Origin: Botryllus schlosseri
Lineage: Eukaryota
NCBI GenBank assembly: GCA_051294905.1
Contig: CM119373.1
Coordinates: forward strand, 4,094,001-4,158,000
Length of the DNA stretch: 64,000 bases
Direction: 5' to 3'
A program made the position numbers and the translations under genes. The notes under the pieces are model-generated. The model ran no database searches, had not been told where the DNA came from, and worked only from the letters and a program-made list of their open reading frames with translations. Shown here piece by piece: positions 51,136 to 64,000 of this stretch (positions are counted from its first letter, which is position 1; the number at the start of each line of letters is the position of its first letter).

Positions 51136-54100
51136 CTCCATGGTAATTATGGATTAACGCGAATTGAAACGGTTGATTTAATCAATGCTATTACCCCCCC
51201 CCCCCCTTACCAGCTGCACGGTTTTCGACGATGGCGTGTAAATAGGTAGATGACGCTGATTTTATTCGTTATTCACTCTGTTATTTAAGGCCTGATGCAG
51301 ATTATATGTGTAGAAATTAAACACATTCATGATTTACTGAAGTCCAGAGTTGTCATACTTTACTTGGTTGGCGGCTATACAGCAGTAAGGTTGAGATATG
51401 TGAAAAATGTCTAGCTTACTCACTAACTATTCTGCAAAAGGTTGAGGGTCATTATTCTAGAAACACCTGAATCGCTAGCTTGCAGAAAAGTGGATATTTC
51501 GAGGTAGATTGCCGGTAACTTTTTGGACCTACTTAGGTAAAGGCCAAAAAAAAAGTCAGCCATCCCGGAGTTCTATATATCCCTGATAATAACGCGCAAC
51601 ACTTCCGACGACACCTTTGGGTATGATCACAACTTAAATGCCATTAAAATTGAGAAACATATTTTAGTGAACATACAACGTATACCACAGTCATTTCTAT
51701 CTCGCAGCTCCTCTTATTGTTATTTTAGAATAGCGGTTATGCACATCACAGGTGAAAATGGATTTTTGCTAACAAATTGTATCCAAAACCTCAACAAAAC
51801 ATCTCTAAACCGCAATATGTTTGTATTAGCAGGCTATTGGCAATTTGGAAACTAAAATGTGTTTGCACAGTAGGATATTTCATCTCAGACGGCTATTCTG
51901 ATTATACGAGTTGAGATTTTAGCAGTTATGAGGTGAAGCGAAACTATCTCGTGATTAAAAAAAAATACAAATTAATTTATCAACCATTTTGCAAATCCGG
52001 AGGCTTCGCGGACCCCTGGTTGAGAACCGCTGATTTAGACTTTATCTTGAGTCCGTAAGCTCGAAGTTGCACTGGTGAACCGTTTGCGGTGCCCGGCGTT
52101 TATTTTGATTTGCCAGCGATATACCAAAGCACTCCTTGTAAGTGCACTTGGTTACATTTCACATATTGAATCGTTTCATGTTCAACGTGTTCTCGTAACA
52201 TATGTAGCAAATCAAATCCAGATCATTACGACACATTCTCTATTTAGCTTTATCACTCATTTTTAACATAGCCTACTTAAAACACCAATGAATTGTAATT
52301 TCTGAATATGATAGCAAGTGAGAGTATCTAGTATTAAAGAGCGTCAGAAAGCGTGTTAAATTTGAGCCCACTAATCATCGGTGATGAGATAAGTGTCATT
52401 TGACTCTTTCTGTAGCTCAAATCAGGGGTTGGTAATTGACGTAATTTGTTGGAAAAATAGTCTCTGAATGATAATTTTCTGGATAAAACTATCTATTGCT
52501 TTACCTGTGTACTAGAACGCATATGTTAGTACTAGATGGGGGATGAGATAACCTGATCTAAGCACATATTCTCCTCCTTGAGCACTAGTTAACCTGTATT
52601 AACCACACACATACTATTTGTCATGACATAGGTAAGAAGAGACAATATCTCAAAAAATAAAGCCAATCCGCCAAAAGTAATGTCATTTTCGACTCAGCGC
52701 TCCTGATATACCCCTGCACGTGCGTCACGCTCGGTGAAAAGATCACCCATAACTCATCCGCCCAAACTTGATACTGAGCCATCAAAGACCATATATGCTG
52801 CCATCGGCAACATCTGTTCGATAATCCGATTTGTGCGAATAATCATAGAGACGACAGATTTCGTGTCGTCGGAAGGGCCGTTCACACTTTTATTTGTATG
52901 CCTTGAAGTAGACTTTCATCAAAATACACCAGCCAAAACTCTGTCAACAAAAGGAGATTGTGTAGGACCACCTAAAACTTGTAGGCTACATTGAACGTTC
53001 TCATATTCGAAATGTCATGCTGGTGAAGTGATGATGTCATATTTTGTGATACGATTGTTGATATGCAATGTTCTTTCTAATTCTCTACTAATTGTTGACG
53101 ATTACCCCTGACGAGTGTCAGCCGAAAATATTCGAGTTCATTTCAATGTGAACATACTATTCAATTGTATATTGAAGTTCTGAACCTTCAAGAAGCTCTT
53201 CAAGAAATACTCTATAATTTATCCTAATTCACTAAATAATTTTGGGCCCCCTTCTAGCTAGGCCTCTCGAATTGGAGGGTTCGGGGTGCGGCAGTTACGG
53301 TCCTGGCTACAATAATAAAATAAAGAATATCGTCCAGGTGTAAATGATCGTTGCGGTCGAAAACACCATGAATACCACAAACCAACCAACCAAAATTATA
53401 TTAATATCTCAATTCCAAGATGTAAGAAGTTTGCGCTTGTCCATCAATAAAAGAAATAAAACATCAACTTTTAAATTGATTTAGAAAGTTGGAACGTATT
53501 TTGTTGTATGGTATCGAAATAGAGAGTTTATGGTCAACTTTGCCTCAAGTCTTGCACGAATGTGTTTATATGTTTAAGTAGCCTACTACTCTACTCTTTT
53601 TATGAAAAAACTACGTAGACTTTTAGAGAAACATTCTTAAATTATGACGATGCAATTAAGCGACATTTAGCAGTATAATAATGACTATATAGCAAAAAGT
53701 CGCATTTTTGTCAAATAATACCGGAAAATCACAATATAGGTATTGATCTTTCTCAGGACTGTGCGAACCCCACCAACCATCCTGAAACTTCAATAGAATC
53801 TCGTACCTATTATCAAAAAGGAAGCACTAAATGAAGTTTGGATTGTTACATTTGAGCTCCATACGTTTGTTGCTATTTGATTTCGGGCTAATTTTGATTT
53901 ATGAAGTCCACCGGTCCGCGAGGTCAAAAATCTTGAGGACACTGATCTAAACTCTAAATATTATATTTTAACGTGTCTGTGATGGCGTCAGGCGAAATTC
54001 CGACGCGGAAGCAGTTTGCTCCCAAACTAAAAGAAGTGTGCATCCAGTAAGGACTGCGTGGAACATGTATTTATGATTCCCAGCACGACAACCTTTTCCG

Positions 54101-54719
54101 TAAACAGTCAATTCGCAGAAATCATATGTGGTAATTATTTTCAACTCACGATGACGCGTATTCAAAATTTTATATTCCTTATTCGATCACTGTTGTTAGC
54201 AGCAACTTTTAATAATACAGATACTTTCGTACAGACAGGATGGCCGCGTTTCGATTGTTCTTGGCTGCTTTGAAATTGACTGCAATGTTTATGGCGGTTG
54301 AAAGTTCATTTGGTGAGTGGAATGATTATAACGGTATTTTGCCATCCTGTTGATTGTCTGTCTGTCGTCTCGCGTTATGATATTTACATTTTAGCACCAC
54401 CATGGTTGATAAGGAACAAAAGTATAGCACGTAATGAAATTACAATAATAATAATACATCTTCGCACAAATGTTCGCTCGTTGTTAGTTGTTGTAGTCGT
54501 ATAAAATTATTCATCGACATTGCTGACTATCGTTCCCTAATACCAAAATGCCATGGTGTATAGGCATGGTTTACCGAAAAGATGCACTTTTAGCAGTTCA
54601 GATTCATCCTTCGTTTGCAGAGTGTGTTATTTTTCGAGTTTCCATTAGTACATGGATGACCAAAAGGGCCTGGTTGTCCATCCAACAAGTCGCTGCTGAA
54701 GAGATTCGTTGTCCTAAAC

Positions 54720-55265
54720 ATATAATATATGCGGAAACTAGAAATCGCCAAGTTTATATATCAGTTCCACTGCGGATATTGCCCTGAATATTTCAACAAC
54801 TTCTTTACTTCGGAATCACAAGCGCACAAGTACAACACACGCTCGTCCCCGTCGTCCAAATACCATATGATTGACCGAAAAAACCATCGCTCTATCAAAT
54901 ATGCCGGACCTGCTGTCCGACTGTCGACGAACATGTTCACATTCAAGTCGAATTACAAGCAATTACTACTGAATAAATACTAGTCCGTCGTCAAGATTGC
55001 CGGACGACGACCTGACCTATCGATCTCGCCTTCCAGAACATGCCAGCCTATGTTTTGTCGCTTGCTTTTATCTATACTATCTTCTTTTACTTTTCATTCA
55101 GTGTGCCTGCCTCCTTTTTACATCGCCTAGGTCAAGGTGGGTGTCTGATTCCTAAGACTACTCCAAATCGTTTCGACACCTTCCTATCTTTTCATTGCAT
55201 CGCATTTTTTGCTGTATTAAACTGATAAAATTGCTAGTAAACCGAACTGTACTGAATCTGATTGA
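54720..55265 (+). mobile_element. 5'-truncated 3' fragment of a CR1/L2-group LINE
   Basis: LEIAKFIYQF..CPEYFNNFF...HKYNTRS...SIKYAGP..FK..YK..LL resembles the C-terminus of CR1/Crack/Daphne ORF2. Followed by a 3' UTR and an (A/C)TGAA-type tail. Confidence 0.55.
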
Positions 55266-56924
55266 ACATGAAACTTGTCCATAAATTCGTTGAGATAAAT
55301 CGGCATTCTGCAATTCCTGTGTTCATATAAAGTACAGTGCGTTTCGACCTTATCTTTTTCTGGGTGCAGTGCGTCATGAATTCAAGCTTCTACGACTCTC
55401 GTTGACTTGATCTGGCCTGTTCCGGTTAAATTTACAGTCATTTTCAAGCAATTTGCTGAACGTGTTTGTATAGGCCCTACGTCTTACACGACTTTACTGC
55501 GACTGTTCTGTTCATGGTAATCTTCCGTGTGCAAACCTTGATAACCTAGCCTAGAAGTTCACGTAGGCGAAATAACATAAATCCATATATGTGAACGATT
55601 TCGAGGATCTTCCCAGTCAACAAAATGGGAAGCGATCGTCCGGCGTATTATGCGCATTCGATGTCAAAATGATGCTTCAAAAGAAACAATTTTCGCACTT
55701 CAGCCGCAGACTCATTAACCCTTTTGCTGCCGTTCATTAACCCTCTCGCTACTGCAGCTTACAACCGCTAGTAACCCTATCGCTACCTGAATCATTGTTG
55801 CTTTCTGGCAGATATATTAACCTTATCTTGAAAGACATCACAATTTGACAATATGTTTTCATTGTCGTGTCAGTTATATTAAAATCCAGCACGAGCATAC
55901 ATTCAAAATACCGGTCAAATACAAACAGACAGTCATATGAAACGCATAAAACGACACAGTCGAGATACAGGGAGATCTTCTTTCCTGGACCATTTTGATA
56001 CAACTATTCCTGCTCTTGAATTAAAATACAGACAATAGCTGGTTTATCAAACAAGTCTGTGCTTTGGCGGGAAGAATAGGATCAAGGCAACGCGGAGCTA
56101 CCATCAGCATCCAGCTCACTTTGTGGCACGCTAACTTCATTCAGAGCCCAATTGTGAATGATATATCCCAAGTATAGGCTTAGCCTGGTCTCTGATATCT
56201 CGGTAATTCCACTGGTCTCATATTCGTGCGATGTAGGCTACTGTCAGCCAGATATAATTAGTAGTGATAGACGGCTGATCATGGACATTGTCGCTGCAGG
56301 TTGAACTAATGCTTAGAGCACGATATTTTATAAACTGTTGCCTTCGCCAACGCTGCATTTTTTTCAATTCACCGTCAGACGTCTACCCACGGATATTTGG
56401 GCATATCACAATCACTTCATGGCTTCAGTCTCCAGTTGTAAAATAAAGGCTAACTATAGCAACAAAACAACTCGTAAGTTAACTGATATGAGTATCACAA
56501 ATGTTAATCAGAAATTATCACAAGACATAGTAGTCGGCTGAACAGTTGAAATGCCAACTGTTGTCTTGTAACGAGCATCAGCGATTGTAAATTCAGTCAC
56601 AAATATTGCAGACAGAGACAATAGATGGTTTGAGCATATCCCATGTTTCGTATAAATATACATAGCCTACATTAATGAATGCACTAACAAATGATGTCAA
56701 AGCCATAACTATAACACATCAAGATTCGGCGATGGTTAACGACACACTTCCGCGGTTTAGCAATAAAATATCAAAGGACCGGTAGTACTTATTACTTTCG
56801 GAGCACTTAACAAGTATCACGCTGTTCAATACCACCAACATGACATTTCAGGCCACGGAAAAGTCAAAGTCAGCATTTATATCAAGTCCTATTTTACAAG
56901 CCTAACGCAAGCAAGCAATTACAG

Positions 56925-58416
56925 CAGGGGTTCTCAGCTTTCCTTGTATAACGGGCCGCATTTTACAAGCAAAAGACGCCGCGGGCCGCAGAAGATTATT
57001 ACCATGTATTGGTGCGCTACTATTAAATTTAAGCGACTGTGGCCTATCTACCAGTCGTATACGGGTATTTAGTACATTTTAATGCATTCTGAAGCATCAA
57101 TGGAGAGCGTTCGTAAGTTTGCAGCTGCTGCTTTTTGTGAGAATATGCATCTTCCACCGGCGAAAGTAAATCCCTTCATGAGCGTGTATTACATTCGCTG
57201 CCAGGTCGACGTATGCACTTTCAAACCCTTCCACCAAAGAACCGAACGATCTGTTTGAATGCGTGAGCGAGCAAAAATAAAATTACGGCAACTTTCACGT
57301 TTTTTCGTCACAGAGGCCATTATCATATTGGGGTCTCAGTGATATGAGAAGAAGTATGGCCTTCGAGGTCATTTCTGAGCAAACCAATCTACTCTTCTCC
57401 TTCCTTCCATGGCGGCGGGCCCTGCACAAACAGTTACAGAAGTCAGCTTTGTTAAGTTGATGCTTTTCGCTAGTCACCTTCCCTACATTTGCCCAGCCAG
57501 CATTTCCTCTGCACATGTGTCCACTCTGATAACATGCACCCGATAATTAGCTATGCAATGCCTGTGGAGTCGGTGGATTCGTCCAATGCTAGGCTAAAGT
57601 AGTCTACGCGGCAACGTGTTTCAGAATGCGCGATAAAAGAACGATTGACATTGCTGGTCATTGGTCACTCTTCTGTTCACGGTTTAATCAGACTACTATA
57701 GCTTCGAAATTTGTTAGCTGATGAATTTCGCACACCATGTCAAGGTTTTATTGAAATCACACCTTCTCTAGCAGATTTCTTGGGTTCAGCGATATTCCAA
57801 GCAATTTTGAATGATGCGTCTGTAACGTCGTCGGCAATTATTTCAACAATGACTCGAAATATGGATTGCCGGGCTTGACACCTAACTATACCAACGTTTT
57901 TTTTCTAAAATCAGGTGATATATTAATAACTCTAGAGGAGATTGGCGTGGTATCATTTTAAGTTTCTGCGCTTCGTTACGACTTACGAAAACTGTTCTTA
58001 AACAAATATGACTCATCGGTTTTCCATTTATATCTGAGAAAGCAAATTCATTGTTCCACGCAGAGTTACAAACCCCGTTTTTGCTGTTTAATTTCCCCTT
58101 CTCTGTTCTTGTTTCTGTTCAAACCATTCGCGGTGAGTGAAACAATCCTTGAAAAATATACTATGTAGCGGGATTCTCTAAACCAGAGTCCAGCCGAATA
58201 CCGAATAAAAACAATAACAATCTAAACTGAGCATATTTCATGAAACCAGAACACATCAAAGAATGAGTAATCAAACGAAACGGAGACGGTGCGATAAGAT
58301 AGCCAAGTAGCTAAATTAATATGTAATAATACCTTGTCAGTAATAATCGCGCTCATAATGAAAGATGTCGCGGGCCGCAAAATAAACGTATGCGGGCCGC
58401 GGGTTGAGAACCCCCG
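56925..58416. mobile_element. hAT (Charlie-like) deletion derivative (nested)
   Basis: CAGGGGTTCTCA / TTGAGAACCCCCG. TSD AATTACAG (56917-56924, 58417-58424). GCGGGCCGC motifs at both ends. Confidence 0.85.
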
Positions 58417-58571
58417 AATTACAGTGTAATATGACTGATCTGCTATTCGAAACACCATTTGACTACCAATACACATCTATAAGCAAGCATGTAGCAAATT
58501 TCAATAATAACCTGAACTATCTCTTGCTCAACTTATATCAACCAGACTTGGACAACTAGAAAAATTTCAGC

Positions 58572-60720
58572 TTTTCCAAATTAGATCAGAATTAGAATTA
58601 GAGCTGCACAGTTTTTTCCAAATTAGATCAGAATTAGAATTAGAGCCGCACAGTTTTTTCCAAATTAGATTAGAATTAGAATTAGAGCCGCACAGTTTTT
58701 TCCAAATTAGATTAGAATTAGAATTAGAGCCGCACAGTTTTTTCCAAATTAGATTAGAATTAGAATTAGAGCTGCACAGTTTTTTCCAAATTAGATCAGA
58801 ATTAGAATTAGAGCCGCACAGTTTTTTCCAAATTAGATTAGAATTAGAATTAGAGCCGCACAGTTTTTTCCAAATTAGATTAGAATTAGAATTAGAGCCG
58901 CACAGTTTTTTCCAAATTAGATTAGAATTAGAGCTGCACAGTTTTTTCCAAATTAGATCAGAATTAGAATTAGAGTCGCACAGTTTTTTCCAAATTAGAT
59001 TAGAATTAGAATTAGAGCTGCACAGTTTTTTCCAAATTAGATCAGAATTAGAATTAGAGTCGCACAGTTTTTTTCCAAATTAGATTAGAATTAGAATTAG
59101 AGCCGCACAGTTTTTTCCAAATTAGAATAGAATTAGAATTAGAGCCGCACAGTTTTTTCCAAATTAGATTAGAATTAGAATTAGAGCTGCACAGTTTTTT
59201 CCAAATTAGATTAGAATTAGAATTAGAGCTGCACAGTTTTTTCCAAATTAGATCAGAATTAGAATTAGAGTCGCACAGTTTTTTTCCAAATTAGATTAGA
59301 ATTAGAATTAGAGCTGCACAGTTTTTTCCAAATTAGATTAGAATTAGAATTAGAGCTGCACAGTTTTTTCCAAATTAGATCAGAATTAGAATTAGAGCTG
59401 CACAGTTTTTTCCAAATTAGATCAGAATTAGAATTAGAGCCGCACAGTTTTTTCCAAATTAGATTAGAATTAGAATTAGAGCCGCACAGTTTTTTCCAAA
59501 TTAGATTAGAATTAGAATTAGAGCCGCACAGTTTTTTCCAAATTAGATTAGAATTAGAATTAGAGCTGCACAGTTTTTTCCAAATTAGATCAGAATTAGA
59601 ATTAGAGCCGCACAGTTTTTTCCAAATTAGATTAGAATTAGAATTAGAGCCGCACAGTTTTTTCCAAATTAGATTAGAATTAGAATTAGAGCCGCACAGT
59701 TTTTTCCAAATTAGATTAGAATTAGAGCTGCACAGTTTTTTCCAAATTAGATCAGAATTAGAATTAGAGTCGCACAGTTTTTTCCAAATTAGATTAGAAT
59801 TAGAATTAGAGCTGCACAGTTTTTTCCAAATTAGATCAGAATTAGAATTAGAGTCGCACAGTTTTTTTCCAAATTAGATTAGAATTAGAATTAGAGCCGC
59901 ACAGTTTTTTCCAAATTAGAATAGAATTAGAATTAGAGCCGCACAGTTTTTTCCAAATTAGATCAGAATTAGAATTAGAGCTGCACAGTTTTTTCCAAAT
60001 TAGATCAGAATTAGAATTAGAGCCGCACAGTTTTTTCCAAATTAGATTAGAATTAGAATTAGAGCCGCACAGTTTTTTCCAAATTAGATTAGAATTAGAA
60101 TTAGAGCCGCACAGTTTTTTCCAAATTAGATTAGAATTAGAATTAGAGCTGCACAGTTTTTTCCAAATTAGATCAGAATTAGAATTAGAGCCGCACAGTT
60201 TTTTCCAAATTAGATTAGAATTAGAATTAGAGCCGCACAGTTTTTTCCAAATTAGATTAGAATTAGAATTAGAGCCGCACAGTTTTTTCCAAATTAGATT
60301 AGAATTAGAGCTGCACAGTTTTTTCCAAATTAGATCAGAATTAGAATTAGAGTCGCACAGTTTTTTCCAAATTAGATTAGAATTAGAATTAGAGCTGCAC
60401 AGTTTTTTCCAAATTAGATTAGAATTAGAATTAGAGCCGCACAGTTTTTTCCAAATTAGAATAGAATTAGAATTAGAGCCGCACAGTTTTTTCCAAATTA
60501 GATTAGAATTAGAATTAGAGCCGCACAGTTTTTTCCAAATTAGATTAGAATTAGAATTAGAGCCGCACAGTTCTTTCCAAATTAGATTAGAATTAGAATT
60601 AGAGACGCACAGTTTTTTCCAAATTAGATTAGAATCAGAATTAGAGCTACGCAGTTTTTCCAAATTAGATTAGAATCAGAGTTTCATCGTTTTTCAAAAT
60701 TAGATTAGAATTAGAATTAC
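58572..60720. repeat. 42-bp tandem satellite, ~50 copies
   Basis: Unit TTAGATTAGAATTAGAATTAGAGCCGCACAGTTTTTTCCAAA with few variants; gives a 14-aa period in the spurious ORF. Confidence 0.97.
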
Positions 60721-60787
60721 CGAATTCGTAAAAACTTTTTAATGAAATCCCGAATAAGAAAGAAAGAGAACAAAATTCACCTTCACT

Positions 60788-62613
60788 TCATATCAAATCA
60801 GAGTTCATTCTAATAAGCATGAGAATGGCGAATGTCTGCACACCAAGATTGGCTCGTTTCGCCTTATACAGTTCTCCCGCATGGCAGAAAACTCTTTCTG
60901 ATGGAGCCGATGTTGCAGTCATGCCTAAGAGTTCACCAGCAGCAGCCCTGAGATGATGAAAACGATTTTCTTTTTTCCAGTAAGTCAAAATGTTGCAATC
61001 CATGCTTTCACGATCTGCTGCGAAATATCTTTCAACTTCATCCTCTACATTTTCTTTCTTTACATCTGCAGCAATTTTCCTCTTTTTTCTTGATTTAGTT
61101 GCGGGCATGAAAGAGAACAAGCCAATGTTAACTATCTCTTTTTCATCGGAGTCGGACGAGCCGCTGGACTGTTTGTGGTCGAAACTAGGTTGTTCGCAGT
61201 TATCGACTTCAATGGCAGCTTTTCTTTTCAGGAGTTCTTCCGTCGACTGTATTGAAGCTTCTTTCAGTAGAGCTCTCTCTTCTTCAATTTCGACCCAGTC
61301 GGCTTTAAATCGTGGGTCTAAAAACGTTGCAAGTCGAAAATCTTCTTTATTGAGATAAGGGTTCAACCTCACGCTAATCTGATCAAGTAAGATGCGAGGC
61401 AAGATTTGGCATATGTGCATTGTGCAGTTTCAATATCATCTCTTCCATCGACTTTTTCAAACCGATGACAACAGCACACACATTGCTGATTGTAACCTTG
61501 CTCTCCCCTTCAACTTCAGACATCGCGGCTTCAAATGGACTCAGCACGTCAACTAGTTCTGTAATAACAACAAGCTCTGAAATGCTTAATGTCAGTGTGC
61601 TCTTTTCCTTCTTAGTCTTAGACAATTCTCCAATGGCCGCATTCAATACATCTTTGCCTGCCTTTGCAAATGACCGGAGCATTTTCAAAGACGAATTCCA
61701 TCTTGTCTGGTTTTTTTGTTAATATATAAATATTCCTCCGACGAAGAAACTCGCTTGCTGCTGTACTGGACCGCAGTGTTCTTGCTACTTTCGATACTTT
61801 AGTAATCGTAGAGTGGATCACAAGTCGTTTCGATAGTTCATCTTCTGATTCATCGGGTAACTTGCCTTTTATATCTTCCAGAGCGTGCACGATACACAGT
61901 TGCATTGTGTGAGCAAAACACGATACCCTCTTCGGCAGCAGTGCTAAAAGCGTATTGAGATCTGTTTCGGCGTGTTGGAGATTTTCCTTGCAACTAAAAT
62001 CTAAGTCTTCATGAGTTGTCATCTCAGCAACTTCTTGATCAAGTTCCTTCATATCTATAAGCGTCAATTCAAATGCCTTTTTCATCGAACTAGCGTTGTC
62101 GCTTATAATGCGCCTCACTTTGCCGTCGATTTGGTATCTCATGACCACATCTTCATATCTGTTGGCTATGTTGACGGCGGTGTGTCTTTCGGCAAAATGT
62201 TCGCAGCACAAAAGACGAGACCTTAACTCAAAGTCGTTGTCAACGAAGTGTGCCGTAAATCCGATGAAAGAATGCATTTGGCGGTTGGTCCAAATATCAA
62301 CGGTGACGTACACACTAGTTAAATCTTTCATTTCAGCTGTGATGCTGTTGACGATGAGCTTTTCACTAGAGGGAAGGTGGGTCTCTTTGATCGTTTGCCG
62401 ATGAGGAATTGCATAATTATCATTGAGTTCCTCGATAAGCCCGCGAAAGCTTGGTTTGTCAACAATTGAGAGTGGTAGTGATGCACAAGCCATGCTCTTA
62501 AGTATAAGCCTAGTTATTTGCCTCTGCTTCGGATGCTGCTTGGAATACTTCCTTTTATGGTCACTACAAAGATGTTCAGTTATCATCGGCTGAGACTTTC
62601 CTGTTTTTGTCAC
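60788..62613 (-). pseudogene. hAT (Ac/ZBED-like) transposase split by two frameshifts
   Basis: Three consecutive ORFs (62613-61618, 61688-61383, 61420-60788) carry LPLSIVD..F, VTVDIWT, ISDNASSM, CFAHT, ATFLDPRFK, YWK, and the hAT dimerisation motif ATSAPSERVF. Confidence 0.92.
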
Positions 62614-64000
62614 AACAACGACTAACTGTCCGGTGTAAGGCGGATTGGGTCAGGTTTTCATTGCGCAAGAGGTATATTCTTGTTAACTTGCTACGAAATG
62701 TCGAAGACAAAGCGGCGTTTTCAGGACAACAATAAATTAGATTAGAATTAACATTAGAGCATAGCGGCGTTTCACAAATTAGATTAGATTTAGAATTAGA
62801 GAATAGAAACATTTCACAAACTAGATTAGAATTAGAATTAGAGCAAAGCAACATTTCACAAATTAGATTAGAATTAGATTACTGGCATTTCGCTCTAATT
62901 TAGTGTAATTAGACAACTAGAATTTTCTAGTTGTCCAAGTCTTATCTCAACGAAGAACTTCATTCATATTCCCTTCCATCGCTATAATCTCGGAAATACA
63001 ATTCGACGGTTCGAGTGTGCAACGGTAAACAACATCCGATGACATATGACATCACAATGACTCCACGCCCAAGTGCTCACGAACCTGGCAAAGCTTGGCA
63101 GAAGAGACGTCACGGTGAAGCCGCGTGATAATCATGCGCAATTTGATTGGTTAATAACGCTGACACCAATCTGCCCGGCCGACCGATGGAAAGGAGACTA
63201 ATCGATCTTTTGAAATCGAGAGCGATCAGTTTTTGTACATCGAAGGTGCCGCCTCACTGTAGTGTCAAAACGGTTGCGTTCACTTCTCTGCTGCACTGTC
63301 TTCGCCTGGTTCGGCATTGAATATTCACACTTTTGTTGACTGGGTTGGCGCTATCGATGAATTTGTAACGCCTTTCAGACCAATACTGCAGTCGGAGATA
63401 CACCAATGGACGCTGGGTCACGCATGGAAACTGCGATGTGAGTATAGAATAGGTCGTATTTGATGCAAGATTTTCTGAATATAACAGTGACTTGCGTTTG
63501 CATACCTCGAATTCATGGCAGTTATGGAATCATCTATTTGTCACATGCACACTGGTTCCCTTCTTGAAAGGCATGTCTGCAACATTCTAACCTGATGTTC
63601 TGACTTAAAAACTTAGAAAGAATGTGTCATCGATTACACTGCTTTACATCCAAAAGCGTCCGGTTTGGATTTTGGTAATTGATCAAGGCGGAGAATGATT
63701 CTAGATATTTGTAATCCGATAATATGAAGGAGCTATTTCCTACGAAACACTGCGGTAACTAGGCATACGGTATCGCTACTTATCGGACGACATTCACACA
63801 TGAATATTTATGTGCGAATATTTTTTACCAGCGCCAACCCATTTCAATTGCAGTTGTTTTCCCCTACCTTGATATAGGCTACATGCTTGGACGTCTTCCA
63901 CTGAGCGCTAGTATCGCCCGCCAACTTACCGTAACAAAACAGCCGTAGCATATAGAAGGAGTGGAATGGTACCGCTCGTGAATTTTTTTTAGCGGCTTCA

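Larger units (their letters stand above)
45284..51585. mobile_element. TIR element with 8-bp TSD, probably a non-autonomous P-superfamily element
   Basis: 32-bp perfect TIR CAGGGATATATAGAACTCCGGGATGGCTGACT / AGTCAGCCATCCCGGAGTTCTATATATCCCTG. TSD ATAATAAC (45276-45283, 51586-51593). Confidence 0.85.
39398..52032. mobile_element. hAT (Charlie-like) non-autonomous element inflated to 12.6 kb by nested insertions
   Basis: TIR CAGTGGTTCTCAACC / GGTTGAGAACCGCTG. Perfect 8-bp TSD ATTTAGAC (39390-39397, 52033-52040). CGCGGACCCC motifs at both ends. Confidence 0.85.
58543..62943 (-). mobile_element. hAT DNA transposon with transposase pseudogene and internal satellite
   Basis: TIR AGACTTGGACAACTAGAAAA / TTTTCTAGTTGTCCAAGTCT. 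TSD ATATCAAC / ATCTCAAC (7/8). Confidence 0.88.
55612..63344. mobile_element. CCC-ended TIR element with 2-bp TSD (CMC-EnSpm/CACTA-like, non-autonomous)
   Basis: TIR CCCAGTCAACAAAA / TTTTGTTGACTGGG, flanked by TT on both sides. The paralogous segment at 836-850 shows the empty site with a single TT. Confidence 0.8.

Noticed and set aside
59848..60663. 271-aa ORF of LIWKKLCGSNSNSN repeats
   Set aside because: It is the translation of the 42-bp satellite. The frame is broken by T-run variants elsewhere in the array and nothing supports a gene.
58572..60720. CRISPR array or telomeric repeat
   Set aside because: Units are head-to-tail with no unique spacers, there are no cas genes and the context is eukaryotic. 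The TTAGA motif is not a TTAGGG/TTAGG tract and lies inside hAT TIRs.

Overview
AT-rich metazoan (probably invertebrate) nuclear DNA dominated by nested transposable elements. The one supported host gene is spliced on the + strand (S/T-rich exons, two calcium-binding EGF exons, terminal pentraxin exon, ~2.9-11.6 kb). The main feature is a 15.6-kb element (17351-32990) with Polinton/Maverick-type ends (5'-AGTAGT...ACTACT-3', 6-bp target duplication AACGTG). It is almost entirely one palindrome: two ~7.3-kb inverted arms around a 953-bp spacer. It has no recognisable intact Polinton core genes but carries decayed F-box/LRR-like cargo, so it looks like an integrated fold-back (snap-back) defective Polinton. 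It is followed by an intact I-group LINE (33365-38740) and a 12.6-kb nest of hAT and P-type DNA transposons (39398-52032). Near the end is a CCC-ended EnSpm/CACTA-like element (55612-63344) whose empty site is present at 836-850 of this window; it contains a hAT element whose subterminal repeat has expanded into a ~2.1-kb satellite of 42-bp units. All calls come from reading the sequence; no searches were run.
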